In this document: one piece after another, positions 39,410 to 52,454 of the stretch
How the letters are laid out: each line of letters starts with the position of its first letter
Numbering within the stretch: the stretch's first letter is position 1
Assembly (NCBI RefSeq): GCF_001194135.2
Contig: NC_068982.1
Coordinates: 89,594,625 to 89,658,624, forward strand
Reading direction: 5' to 3'
DNA length: 64,000 nt
DNA from: Octopus bimaculoides
Lineage: Eukaryota
The notes under the pieces: generated by a model
Told to the model about the DNA's origin: nothing
The model's database searches: none
The model's input: the letters and a program-made list of their open reading frames with translations, nothing else
Made by a program: the position numbers and the translations under genes

Positions 39410-39742
39410 AGTGAAACTACCTCCCGCCATTAGATACAAACTACTATCGCCATTACATACAATCTTCTCATTTAAATATAAATAAATGCGAGCGTAGTAG
39501 AGAACCCATTCCTTGTCCATCACGTGACTGATCATTATTCGAATCGGCAACTTCTTCGAACCGTTCCCGCCAGAACGCGAACTGACCAATCACGGCCCCT
39601 AATAAGGTCACGTGATGGAGTAAAATTCTAAAGGCATTTGGAGCCCTCTTAACGCTATATATAGATCAACTCATACCCAATAATTTGTCTCGGTCCAGTT
39701 TCTCTTTGAGAACTGTTCCGTGTACCACACGACAGCAGCAGC
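39410..39742 (+). promoter_or_regulatory. CpG-rich promoter-like module (paired E-boxes, E2F-like site, CCAAT, TATA-like) next to an assembly gap
   Basis: Inverted 13-mers TCCATCACGTGAC (39516-39528) and GTCACGTGATGGA (39607-39619); TTCCCGCC at 39564; CCAAT at 39586; TATATATA at 39656. CpG density is far above the flanks. May belong to a transposon end. Confidence 0.45.
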
Positions 39743-40734
39743 NNNNNNNNNNNNNNNNNNNNNNNNNNNNNNNNNNNNNNNNNNNNNNNNNNNNNNNNNN
39801 NNNNNNNNNNNNNNNNNNNNNNNNNNNNNNNNNNNNNNNNNNNNNNNNNNNNNNNNNNNNNNNNNNNNNNNNNNNNNNNNNNNNNNNNNNNNNNNNNNNN
39901 NNNNNNNNNNNNNNNNNNNNNNNNNNNNNNNNNNNNNNNNNNNNNNNNNNNNNNNNNNNNNNNNNNNNNNNNNNNNNNNNNNNNNNNNNNNNNNNNNNNN
40001 NNNNNNNNNNNNNNNNNNNNNNNNNNNNNNNNNNNNNNNNNNNNNNNNNNNNNNNNNNNNNNNNNNNNNNNNNNNNNNNNNNNNNNNNNNNNNNNNNNNN
40101 NNNNNNNNNNNNNNNNNNNNNNNNNNNNNNNNNNNNNNNNNNNNNNNNNNNNNNNNNNNNNNNNNNNNNNNNNNNNNNNNNNNNNNNNNNNNNNNNNNNN
40201 NNNNNNNNNNNNNNNNNNNNNNNNNNNNNNNNNNNNNNNNNNNNNNNNNNNNNNNNNNNNNNNNNNNNNNNNNNNNNNNNNNNNNNNNNNNNNNNNNNNN
40301 NNNNNNNNNNNNNNNNNNNNNNNNNNNNNNNNNNNNNNNNNNNNNNNNNNNNNNNNNNNNNNNNNNNNNNNNNNNNNNNNNNNNNNNNNNNNNNNNNNNN
40401 NNNNNNNNNNNNNNNNNNNNNNNNNNNNNNNNNNNNNNNNNNNNNNNNNNNNNNNNNNNNNNNNNNNNNNNNNNNNNNNNNNNNNNNNNNNNNNNNNNNN
40501 NNNNNNNNNNNNNNNNNNNNNNNNNNNNNNNNNNNNNNNNNNNNNNNNNNNNNNNNNNNNNNNNNNNNNNNNNNNNNNNNNNNNNNNNNNNNNNNNNNNN
40601 NNNNNNNNNNNNNNNNNNNNNNNNNNNNNNNTATATATACAGGGTTCAATGGGTAAACTGTCGCCAGTTCTCATTTTTTATTTTGCGCATGTGCATTGTT
40701 TGTTTTTGATTTTGTTCTCTACACAGTATAGTAG

Positions 40735-41390
40735 GGTCAGTTGGGCACCATCTGTGAAAAAAATAGAACCATAACGCAAGTCACTCTTCCAGAAATTTGG
40801 AAACAACATACTGTACTGTTTAGCATTCTTGCCAGAAGCTCCAATATTAACATTTCAGAGTGTTTGGGTGTCAAACTGAGGATGTATACTGAGTGATAAA
40901 AATCATGCATCCAGTCAACATCATAGTGTTTGGAGTGATCACTAGTCATGGCGATGCTATGCCTCCATTCATCTTCCCACACAGCCTCAGACTCAACACA
41001 GAGGCCTACATCAAGTGCCTGGAGGAGGTAGTGCTGCCCTGGGTCAAGAGAGTGGCTGCTAGAAGACCCTATGTCTGTCAACAGGACTTTGCACCATGCC
41101 ACACAAGCAGGAGAACTCAGTCTTGGCTGTCAGGCAATTTCTGTGACCACACCACCCCTAACATCTGACCACCTTACTCCCCAGACTGCAACCCCCTTGT
41201 TTATTATGTGTGGGGCACAGTTGAGCAAGAGACCAACAAAACTCCTTCTAACACCAAAGATGAACTGAAGGCAAAGATTATGGCAGCATTCACCAACTTA
41301 AACAAGGAGACTGTCCAGAAGAGTTGCAGGAGATTCCAAAGTTATCTGGCTGAAACCAATGGCGATTTTATTGAATAAATTTACTCTTTA
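40735..41390 (+). mobile_element. maT-type (DD37D) Tc1/mariner transposase, 3' part
   Basis: HPVNIIVFGVITSHGDAMPPFIF...YIKCLEEVVLPWV...QQDFAPCH...NI*PPYSPDCNPLVYYVWG..EQETNKTP.NTKDELKAKI..AF. There are 37 residues between the second D and the third catalytic position (here V instead of D). Confidence 0.8.
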
Positions 41391-42419
41391 GTATTTCATA
41401 TGCAATCTATATGGGTGTCTTTTCAATACATTGTCTGGTTGGTACCCATGCTGGTGGCATGTAAAAAGCACCATTCAAGTGTGACTGATGCAAATGCCGC
41501 CTGACTGGCACCCATGCTGGTGGCATGTAAAAAGTACCATTTGAGTGTGGCTGATGTCAGTGCCACCTGACTGGCTCTCATGCTGATGGCATGTAAAAAG
41601 CACCCACTTCACTCTCAGGGTATACAGCCTGCTGTAGAATCTTTACCAAGTCAGATTGAAGACTAGTGCAACCTTCCAGCCTGCCAGTTCTCAATCACCC
41701 ATACTGACATGGAAAGTGGATGTTAAACAATGACGATGATGATGTGGCCATACTCTGGTAATGCTCTTTCTATCAGGAGCCATTCTTTCAAATCTAATTT
41801 TTCTTTCATCAACCAGACCTTATTTTATTAAGTCCATTTTATTTTATTATGAGCTAGTAAGGGAGAGAAGGGGTAGTAACTATTACATTTACCATCCTGT
41901 CTTGGCTGACGAATTTGATGTGATTGCTGTTCAGTTTAAAGTTTTGTCTAGCAAGGAGTGCAGGAAGGCTACAGAATGAAAATGAGGAACTTCCAAGACT
42001 TAGATATGTACAAATATATTGGCAAGTTAAAATGATTACTGTGGAAAATACCTAAGGGATGTTCTATTCATGAAAAATATATAGTTAAGTGTGAGCTATT
42101 ATACTTAATATGCTGAGTCAAAAGTAATTTTTGATCAATTGAAATTAAACCTATAACGTGAGTCATTAATGTTTCTTACTGAAGGCAAGTGAGATGACTC
42201 TGAAATATGAATTGAATAGAAATTAGAGACATGCAATGGAAATTGAAACATATTACTTTGAGCAGAAGACGTCTCTTGAAAAAATTTCCATGTAATTTCA
42301 ATTTGCATAATCAGTGGATACTCTTAACAAAAACATCTATTTCTTCTCAAAGCCATTTTATAATCTAATGGACTATGCTTAGCATGTTATTCTTGTAGTA
42401 GATGCAATGAAGATGCATT

Positions 42420-42995
42420 TTACCATGCCACTAGATTCTCAATTTCATATGTGTGTCTTTGTTAACAACATTAATGTTGTTGAGTGGTCTTTGTCCTCTG
42501 TTAGGGTACAGAAGTCTCCAAATCATCATGGCTTGTTCACCATGATTGCAATATTCTGCAGAACCTACTCTGCATTGAGCAACAATAGTAGATATAGACA
42601 GAATGTATTCTTAAATCTCTTCTTTAACATTGTGCTCTGACCATGAGATGTTTTGAACCCACAAGAAAAGCTTAGTATGAGCACTATTAAGATGATCTTG
42701 AAAACTTTTCTTCCTAGTCAATGTTTCACCTCCATGGAGAGGAATGCTCTTTACACATGTCCTAAAGAAAGCCAGGATGCAGAGGGACTGACATGGGACT
42801 GCCATGATGACTTCTCTGGGACCACTAACCTGGGATGACCCCAGCCTCATCAAGCAAGAGCATGAAGCAAACCAAGTGAAGTAAAGGTCAGACTTGTTGA
42901 CTTTCAAATACTTGATTACCTTGAAAATCTTTGTTGCAGACACTTCAGGCTTGTCCCTTAGATCCAAGGTACCTGAAGTTGCTGACTACTTTGAG
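42420..42995 (-). mobile_element. Degenerate RTE LINE fragment
   Basis: Minus strand NFRYLGS near 42980 and ...FRTCVKSIPLHGGETLT (CVxSxxLYGxETW-like motif). Confidence 0.65.
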
Positions 42996-43413
42996 TTAAA
43001 TGCCAAGAGATTTAATAAAACTGAAATGTGTCTGCAATTGTCACCACATTTACCATAATACAAATTACTCACTGCATGTTTTTTCTAAATTTTATATCAA
43101 TTTCAATTTCAGAGTTCTTTACCTTGCTTTCCCTGAGAAGAAATAACATTAACAAAAAAGTTAATGACTTTTTTCATTAGAGAGTAATTTTTTTTTTTCA
43201 GTTGATTAAAATAATTTTTGTCGAACTACACTAAACATGTTACTTTAGCCTTAACTACAACTGTGTAACTGGGTATTTCGCTAAAATTTTAAAATAAAAG
43301 AACTGTGATCCCACATCTAAAACAACACTACAACCCATCTAGTTCCCCCCCTCTCTCTTTCTTGATCTTTAATTTATGACAATTAGAATAAAAATGTCAG
43401 TAGATTTACAGAC

Positions 43414-43628
43414 CTGAATCAGCTGATAAATTCTTTCATTATCCACACTTTCTTCTTGATAATCTTCCAGGAAATGTTGAAACTGTTGCATTCCCATGAA
43501 CCTGTTCTGAGTTGTATCAACTCCTGCACAATTATGCACAATACTAGCTGCTGCAATTGCATCACAAATTTTCCGTCGCTGTTGTTGTTCTAAGCCAAGA
43601 TCAAATGTATTTACCCTCGTTACAAGAC
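43414..43628 (-). CDS. PLCE1: Phospholipase C epsilon, exon 2 in window (EF-hand-like region)
   Basis: Acceptor tttcttgacAG|GTCTTG and donor ATTCAG|GTCTGT. 215 nt (phase 1 to 0). GLVTRVNTFDLGLEQQQRRKICDAIAAASIVHNCAGVDTT...QFQHFLEDYQEE...IYQLIQ contains the PLC-epsilon hallmark DAIAAASIV. Confidence 0.95.
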
Positions 43629-46539
43629 CTGTCAAGAAAAGTACAAAGTAGCTCTGGTTATTCATAGATAATATTTAAAAATTGGTGATAATTGGTGATT
43701 TTTGGTTTAGAATTTTGGCAGAAATCAATAATTATCCATCAAGGGAAACTAAATAATTCTTTTATTAGTTTGCCATTGGACTGTGGACATGCTAGACCAC
43801 TGTCTTTAAGGGTTTTAGTCAATCATATCCATACTAAAATGTACTTCAGTCTGGTATATAGTTTATTGAGCTTTGTTTATTGAATGTCTAAGTTACTTTT
43901 TTTTACATTAAAATGAAGCATCTTGACACATTGGTTGCACACTGGTATACACAATTATAAAAGCACACACTTACACACACACTTACGCACACATACACAC
44001 ACACACAAACACACATGCATGTTCATGCATATTGATATTCCAAAAATGTGGACTCTCTGATATAAGACTTAACTCTTTTACTTCTGGATTTTAAAAATCC
44101 CTAAAGTGAGATTTTGTCTTCTTATTGCAAAGACAATCAAAGTTAATCAAATATTTTCCACTCACTTATTACACATGTGAGACTATATATATTAATCGTT
44201 TTTAGAAGTAAATGTAGGCTTAAGTGAGTTACACAGGTCAACATATAAAGTATATTAAATACATGAAATACAACAAATGTATATATGTTTACATACAAAG
44301 AGGTCCACCTTACACAAAATACAAATGATATAGGAGATTTAAGGGGTTGAAGAAAGGTATTACAAATCCAGCAGCTGTTTCTAGGGGCTCGGTGGCTCAA
44401 AATAATGTTTGTTGATATTTTCCCTCCATCTACAGGGAAAATATCATACATTTGAGGTGTTAAAAGAAAGAAGTTCAAAGTTTAATCATTTTTATACCAA
44501 TTTTCATACTGGTTTGGGCTACACAAAGCCAAGTTATTTGTGTGTTAGCACATTTCAGGAGTGTAGTTTTCTGAGTATATTAGTAAAGGTATGGGTCTAT
44601 ATGCGAATGTTTATGTTTGTGCTTTTCATGTCATCTCAATTGTCATGTTTAGTGTGTAGGATTGGGTGAGTCTCCAGCATGTTTGCCACCAAAATCACCA
44701 TTTGTATATCATACTAAATTTATACATACTGTTAAAAGGCACGATGCTGTGGAATTGTCTGAGAGAAAATATCTTCATAGATAGCTGTAGCCCTCCTATA
44801 CTCAGTGTGCTTCAACCATAATCCTTCTGGTGCATTGCATGGATCTTCTACATCCAACTGCCTCTATATTAATCACATGCTTGTACCAACACAGTCTTCT
44901 CTCTCACACACTACTCTGGATTCTTCTTATACCCAGTTTTTCTCTTGGCTTTTAGTGCTTTATTGTTCACACACACAAAACTACATATCTGGTAGGGCAT
45001 GCTCACCACTTATCTTTTTTTTCCTAATTTTTGGAGTTCCTCACATCTTATATAACATGCAGCATTACCCTTTGCACACAAGCATTATACTATATGCCAT
45101 GTGTGTATGTGCGTGTGTGACTGTACGTATGTGTGTGTGTGTGTGTGGCAGAGTTCTACATAGTTTGCTTCTACCAAATATACTCAGAAAGTAACCCAAA
45201 ACTACAGTGAAAGACACTTAATGTATCACACAATCGGGTCAAATCTGAAACCTCATGGTTGTGAAACAAACTTCTTTACACAGTTATGTCTGCACCTAAA
45301 CATAAATAAATAAGAAGAAAAAAAACACTCACATACAAGAACATTTTTTTGCTGCATCACTATTTCTGCATTCAATAATTGTCTTTGCAATTTTATGAAT
45401 AATAAATATTTTTAGAACAGAGGTTAGTTATATAGTTTTCTGAAAGCTAGTTTCAAGAAGACCTATACACTACAGTAGAAGTGTTTGGAGCCAGTCACTC
45501 TGATAAAGAGGATTGGCTTGCAAGAATCCTGGGCTGGTGCCATATAAAAAGCACTCATGCTGGTGCTACATAAAAGTGCTCATGTGATGCCACATAAAAG
45601 CATCCAGTACACTCTGTAAAGTGATTGACATTAGGAAGGGCATCAAACCATAGAAACCATGCCGAATTAGACTGGAGCCTGTTGCAGCTCCTCAGCTTGC
45701 CAGCTCTGGTCAAACCATCCAAACCCATACCAGCATGGACAACAGATGTTAAATGATGATGATAGTTTAATACTGTTGGAAATTTACATACAACAACCAT
45801 ATCATTTTGAGTTTTGGTAAATTAAAGATAAATAACAGCAGACTACATCAAATCTGAGAAGCAATTCTAATGCTGTTTGGTGTGCCAAATGAAAAACTTA
45901 TATCCATTTCTCCTATCATCAGCTTTTTGCAGCTATTAATAAAACAATTTTTAAAAATATTTTCTCATTACTGATATCCTCTTTGGACATTTATCACATT
46001 AACTGATAACATGTAATAAAAGCTTTTAAATGTATATTTTCTGAACTTAAATACCACACATAGTATTATCTGCAAAAAGTTTATGTGTATATTTATTTCA
46101 CAGGCATTTTAGACATAAATCATAAATTCACTTTACAGTTTTTGATAATGGCTTCAAGAGGTCACATCAATAAGCAAAATATATTTTGCTATATAATGTA
46201 CTGAGTACTGAATTTGTTGCTGAAAATTAAAACCAAAATATAAAGAGTTTATCATACCAACTTCAGAATAAAATTAGGAGATCACGGTAAAAAGTTTGGC
46301 TTCTAGGATTGTCATACATATGGAATTGGAGCCATGGTAGAAAACATGACTCTATAAATTATACTGATTGATAGCTCTGTTCATGTATTGTTAAATACCT
46401 GGAACAAAGAAATTTTTCAGTACCCAAATCTTCATCAGCTATCAAACCCATACCCCACAGCTAAAGCATTCTACTCACTCAGTTACCTGACAGTTCAAAT
46501 CAGCATAATACACATTCTCAGTCAAATTCAGATAATAAC

Positions 46540-47130
46540 ATTGTTTAAGTAACCCGAAGAAGATTACCAAAGCATAAGTAAGCCTTTAACATAAACTGAA
46601 CTAAATGAATTAGTTGGGGATTTGAATCTGTCCATAGAATCTGTAGATCTTTTGGGGTGTATACTGCAGGAAAAACAATTTATTATTTTTTGCCTGGTTA
46701 GAAGTGCAAGAAATATTTTGTGCAATCTTTAATTTTTTTTTTTACAGAGGAATATGATCTAGATTTGTATAAGGACAGTTCAAGATTGACGTGCTATCTA
46801 AGAATCGAATAGCAAACTAATGTCTGGAGGTTATTTATTGATTCTTTGAAGACTTAAATGATTGCTATTTCACAATGGTAATGTATATGGATCAATATTA
46901 GTATCTCATTCTGTTCATTTAAAAGAGAGATACAAAAAATCAAAATTGCTTCTAAAACAAAAACATCAAATATTATAAATGTAGATGGATATTGAATAGG
47001 AAGGGGTCTCAAAGTACTGTGTGTGTTACTTGACCAGTAATCAGGGTACACTAAACTGCTGTGTTTCATATGTGAATTGAACAGTTGATTTGCAACCAGT
47101 ATTGGCAGAAAGAAAATTGGTTTCTTAGAA
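46540..47130 (+). mobile_element. Degenerate DNA transposase, CMC/Chapaev-like (tentative)
   Basis: Across frameshifts: ELNELVGDLNLS.ES..LLG...QEK, WRLFIDS, HNGNVYGSI..SHSVHLKERY and SGYTKLLCFICE. This motif series I associate with Chapaev3-type transposases; family assignment is from memory. Confidence 0.55.
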
Positions 47131-47515
47131 TTTTATCTTATCATGTGAAATGTTCTTTGATCATTTTATATGACCAACTAGTTGTACTATATAAAACTAT
47201 CTTACTATGCTAACATATCAAACTAAGCATGATGAAGTAATATGACAAAAATTGAATACAGATTGCAACTTCTTCAATTGGTAGTTATGTATAGTTAACA
47301 TCAATGTCTCTAAGGTTAGGTATGTGTATTTTTTCTAAAATTGGAACAAATTTTGTTTCTTTCCAATCATTCCCCTTTTCTTTCCCACTTAGAAAAAATA
47401 TTTCATGAAAATTGTTCTATAGGTACAGAACCAGTTATCTTGTATTTTCAATATTAGGAGGACGTTAAATGATGATGATGATTACTTATAGCCTTAAATC
47501 CATTTCATAAAATTA

Positions 47516-47910
47516 TGAGGTAGCATCATAAAGTTCCTGGTCTAGTTTTGTAGTGCACCAACAGATGGCAGCACACATTTGCATGCACAGTGATAGCTAG
47601 CAGTGATCTTCATGAGACAGTGTGCCAAGTGATATAGATGCGTTTGCTTCGCGTGTTGTTAAATTAGTGTTTTTGTAATCATGTGTATGTTGTAGACTGT
47701 GATTTTGTCATAGACATAAAGTTGGAACAAGGAGCCAACTTGAAATTTTGTATTGAACTTGGGAGTCTGCTACAGAGTCATCAAAAGTGCTTCAACAAGC
47801 TTACAGCAATGAGGTAATGGGTCATACACAATTTTTCAAGTGGTACAGGTGCTTCAAAAGTGGAAGAATATCCCTGGAAGGTGATGAGTGATCTGGAAGA
47901 CCTGCCAAGT
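47516..47910 (+). mobile_element. Mariner 5' fragment (TIR plus HTH)
   Basis: (ta)tgaggtagcatcataaagttcc TIR. Frameshifted KLEQGANLKFC.ELG.SATE...LQQAY.NEVMGHTQFFKWYRCFKSGRISLEGDE*SGRP. Confidence 0.75.
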
Positions 47911-48854
47911 AAATTTAGTTTAGAAGCTTGCTTGAAGACATCTCACAACAAATGAAAGTTATATTATACCGTATTTTTTTAATATTATCATAGTTTAGAA
48001 ATTTTGCAACATATTCACTCCAAAATATAATTATCTACGTCAAGATGAGAGAGCTCCATGTAGTTATTCAACCTGATAGAAATAGTAAGCAAATCTCTCT
48101 CAAATTACATCTTAAATTCTTAAAAAAGGGAAGAACACATTTAGTAATGTAGTCCAAGACATCCTCACAAAATGACAGGGTAGTCATAGTGAGAATGCCC
48201 TTGATCAAAATTTTGACTTGAAACTAGACAACTACAATTGAGTTTATAAGATGGCTGACTGATAAGGGTTCCTTGGCAATTAATTTCTAAGGGAGACAAA
48301 AGAGAAATACATAGTGTAGGAGGGGACATAGTACATAGACTAATATGTATCTTATTTGACCCAAACTGAATGGCAGGCCTACCACAAGGTCCAGTCCTTG
48401 TTGCTGTGTGGTTACCTGTGTGCCTCGATGACCCTTGTGAGTTATGTCAGTGTAGTGCAATCTCCCAGTTGGGCCTCCTATGCTAGGAAGGTCTAAGGAT
48501 TGAAACCAGACTTATATGGACCATCTCATCCTGGAGGAAAAAATCGGTTTCCATAGGACCAACACCTGTATCTAGAAAATGCAAAGTTACTGAAGTCTTG
48601 ATGACAATTCAAAACCAACAAAACCTGGAAGAGAAGGGTCTTCCCTCAAAGAAACACATGACATCATCATCACCATTTAACATCTGTTTTCCATGCTGGC
48701 ATTGGTTGGATGGTTTGACTGAAGACTAGTAAGCTGGTGTGCTGCACCAGATTTCAGTTTCATTTGGCATGGTTTCTTCAGCTGGTTGCCTTTCCTAATG
48801 CCAACCACTCCAGGAGTGTAGTGGATGCTTTTTACATGCCACTGGCACAATGCA

Positions 48855-49095
48855 GCAAAATCTGAAAGGAGGCCAACACCCTGCACAACACATGTGGCTC
48901 TGATCTGGAACCCACAAGGAAGGCAGAAGAAAGGCCACCAAAAATTAGCTGAAGATGGGATACTGAGGCAGAGCTGAAAAAGCAGGGATCCAACTGGAAA
49001 GAAGCAGAAAAGACAACTGATAGTTGAGAACAGGGGAGAAAAGTCATCAATGGCCTAAGAGCCATGGGGAATGAAGGGCTTAAGTAAGTAAAGTA
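48855..49095 (+). mobile_element. RTE LINE 3' end with (TAAG)n tail
   Basis: GRPPKISWRWDTEAELKKQGSNWKEAEK...W..VINGL, then taagtaagtaaagtaag. Confidence 0.7.
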
Positions 49096-49186
49096 AGGGG
49101 TCAGTAGGCAGTTAATCCTCAATAGGATTTATACTTAAGATGATGAAAGTGACCTGTTGAATCCTAACACAGACACAAGGGTTTAA

Positions 49187-49392
49187 CCCTTTAATATTCA
49201 AACAGGCCACATCCGGCCAAAATATTCAACATATTTTATGTTCAAACTAGCCAGATCCAGCCTCTCACACCTACCTTAAAATAAGCAATCACATTATGAA
49301 AATCTCAAAGCTGTAAGATAATACATGATTAATTTAAAACAATCTGACTAAATAGGCATAACATGTGACAGAATAACCTGAATGCTAAAGGG
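49187..49392. mobile_element. piggyBac-type MITE
   Basis: TTAA|CCCTTTAATATTC ... GAATGCTAAAGGG|TTAA: TTAA target site duplication and CCC/GGG termini. Confidence 0.85.
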
Positions 49393-50990
49393 TTAAATAT
49401 GATGATTTGAAGTTGGGGTGGGTAGTAAGTGAATATAGCTGGTTAAATTGGTTCCAGTACTTGAGTGATAATTATTTTATCAACACTGGAAGGATAAATG
49501 GGTAAGTTAACTTTGGTGAGATTTGAACTCAGTATTTAAAGGCACACAACTGAATATCACAAATTTTTTTTTTTTTTGCCATTGTAACAATTCTGCTTAT
49601 TTGTTCTCTTCTGTTGTGTGCACCAGGTGTTGAAGAATCACAGCAGAGAGTAAGATTAAGGGTCACTTCAGGGGACATGATGAAGCACCAGTGAGATTTT
49701 GTAAGACTTGACCAATCCATGCCAGCATGGAAAAATAGTGTTCTATGATGATGTAAATCGTTTGGTCCAGTCATTTACTATTTTGCCATTCTATTATGTT
49801 TATCTTATAAACAAGAAAAGATATTTTCAACACAAATTAATTATCTGGTTTTCTGTTTATGTAATATTTAAAACAAAAAATGGCTTGGCCTGAAGGTGTT
49901 TTTGAAACTAGTGAAAGTGAATTGACAGCTGTAGAGAAAACAAGGGCAAGATGATGATCAAGCAGGTTAACACTCCAAAGTGAAAAAACATAGGAAAGGT
50001 GATTAATGTAGGCATAAGAAGAGGTGATGCAGTATCAGGGATAAAAAGTAGAGAAATGAGTTAATTAAGAAAACCTGAATAATGTTCATTTCTCTGTGAC
50101 ACTGATTAGTCCTGTTTAATATACTAAGGATGAATAATTTATAGCATTGGTTTCATGCAGTGACCTGATGTAGACCTAAATCAATTACTGATCATTTACC
50201 CATATGTGTTACTTAGTCCAGTGACAGAAAGTCAATTTTGATCACATAGTCTATCTTAACTAGGTGATATAAAAATTTAATTTGTGCTTTACCAACTTAG
50301 AATACAAAATATCTCTTCTGCTTGTTAAAACCAATAACTGATAAGACAGCAATCAATTTATCACAGGAATAAAGGCATTGAGAGTATTCCAGTTATAAAA
50401 AGAGAGAAAAACACATAACTAAATAAGAATAGAGGGGAACATAGCAACGTATACATCATACTTCAGCAGCAACAAAAATTCAAAATGTATTTCTCTTGCT
50501 TCTTAAAAGGCATAAACATTACAGCTACTACTAAATATCACTATTTAATTGATTAACATTGGCAGCAGGGGTCTCTAGCCTGTTATTTAGTTTTGTCTCT
50601 ATACTTTGGGTTATAAATCCCTCTGGTACTGACATTGTCTTTCATCTGTTTGTGAAGTGATAAAATAATTAATAGCAATGTTTTATCATTATTCAACCAA
50701 CCTTATCATTCAGTTTACAACCAGCAATATTCCCTTTCCTCTACGAAAATTACATTCCTTCTGATGACACCATTATTTGATAGATTAAAAACGAACAATT
50801 TTAGATGGTAGAACACTATTTACCTGCTTCTGTGTGACCAAGCCAGAGCAAAGTTGTTGTTTTTTTATTAATGTGGAAAATTGGCAGTTTCCCATGCATG
50901 CAAGTGTCTCCACTCTCAACCCCATCACTGCAGTACCAGGGAGACGCTACTACTATAGAACCAAAACTCCTTGGCACCAGTGACAATGTA

Positions 50991-51282
50991 GACATGCTGT
51001 CAGTGCACAAAAGAGTGAAACAGCACTGTAAGACATGCTGTCAGTGCACAAAAGAGTGAAACAGCACTGTAAGACATGCTGTCAGTGCACAAAAGAGTGA
51101 AACAGCACTGTAAGACATGCTGTCAGTGCACAAAAGAGTGAAACAGCACTGTAAGACATGCTGTCAGTGCACAAAAGAGTGAAACAGCACTGTAAGACAT
51201 GCTGTCAGTGCACAAAAGAGTGAAACAGCACTGTAAGACATGCTGTCAGTGCACAAAAGAGTGAAACAGCACTGTAAGACAT
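50991..51282. repeat. Perfect minisatellite, 7 x 41 bp
   Basis: Unit GACATGCTGTCAGTGCACAAAAGAGTGAAACAGCACTGTAA starts at 50991, 51032, 51073, 51114, 51155, 51196 and 51237, plus a partial GACAT. I saw no mismatches. Confidence 0.97.
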
Positions 51283-51481
51283 CTCATCTAAAGTTTTAAC
51301 AGTTCCATGATCAACTATACTGCACTATTAATTTTTTAACCCTTTTTGTCCATCTTGTAAGAAAAAAGAAAAAAGTTGATGTAAGGCTAAGTTGACCTGG
51401 GCAGGATTTGAGGTCAAAATACCACCAATAATGATCTTAGGTAACACCTGCATGTCACACAAACTGGCTACTAGACCAGAG

Positions 51482-51524
<43 letters not shown>

Positions 51525-51635
51525 CGAAATAGGATTAATGTAATATAATGTAATATAAAGCTGAAGCAAATTAACACCAAATATTCAGTGCGTGTGATTT
51601 TATTGGCTAAACTGGCAATATGACCATCCCCAAGT

Positions 51636-51672
<37 letters not shown>

Positions 51673-52454
51673 TGTTTGACATGCTAAAAATAGCAACAAA
51701 AATTCCATCAAATAGCAACCTGTAATCTTAAGAAAAGGACACATTGGATAATGTAGAACTAGGTATAGGAAAAGACAAAATGGTTATGGCTAGAATGCTT
51801 CTCATTATAAGTCTTCTTGATCAGTAATGAGTGAGGGTTAAACAACAACAGCTTCTACAGGGTCTTATAAAAGTATAGCAGCCAGAATGAGAAAGGGCTA
51901 GAAAAGATTCTGTGAGCAAGTATTTTCTCTGACAACAACAGGATTCTCTTTCCAAATCAAGAGCAAACTGTATGAGGCTTGTATGTGGAGTGCTATGTTG
52001 CATGGTAGCAAAATGAGCATTGAATGTGGAAGATGTGTGAAGATTCAAAAGAAATGTGGTAAGCAGGCTCTGCTGGATGCAAAAGTTTAGTGAATGTGAA
52101 CAACAGAGTTCAAATGAGCTGAGAAAAAATTGATAGCAGTTGAAGATGCTGCTGCTTTTTAGTGTAACATATCCATGACTATATAGATGAGTTCCTGTTA
52201 TCTACTTTGCTAGATATTTAAGCCTTCTCCAATTGCATAACCTCCATTCCTCTTTCTCATACAATTGTCAATCTCAATGACAGGTCTTCCTTTTTTTCTT
52301 ATATTCTCCTCGTATAACAACCACTCAATTTAGCATTTCCATGTCTCTTTTTTTCCACTGACACTAAGAGCAAACGTGCTAGTATCATTTTGTACACTCT
52401 TCTCTTCCATGATGTCTCAATATTCCCTTGTACATCACTTTACAATCCAGATTA

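Noticed and set aside
42611-42967. 118-aa minus-strand ORF just downstream of exon 2 as a candidate PLC exon
   Set aside because: It carries RTE reverse-transcriptase remnants, and exon 2 joins exon 3 directly in phase and in homology.
50991-51282. CRISPR-like array of palindromic repeats
   Set aside because: The units are head-to-tail with no unique spacers, there are no cas genes, and the context is a eukaryotic intron. It is a minisatellite.
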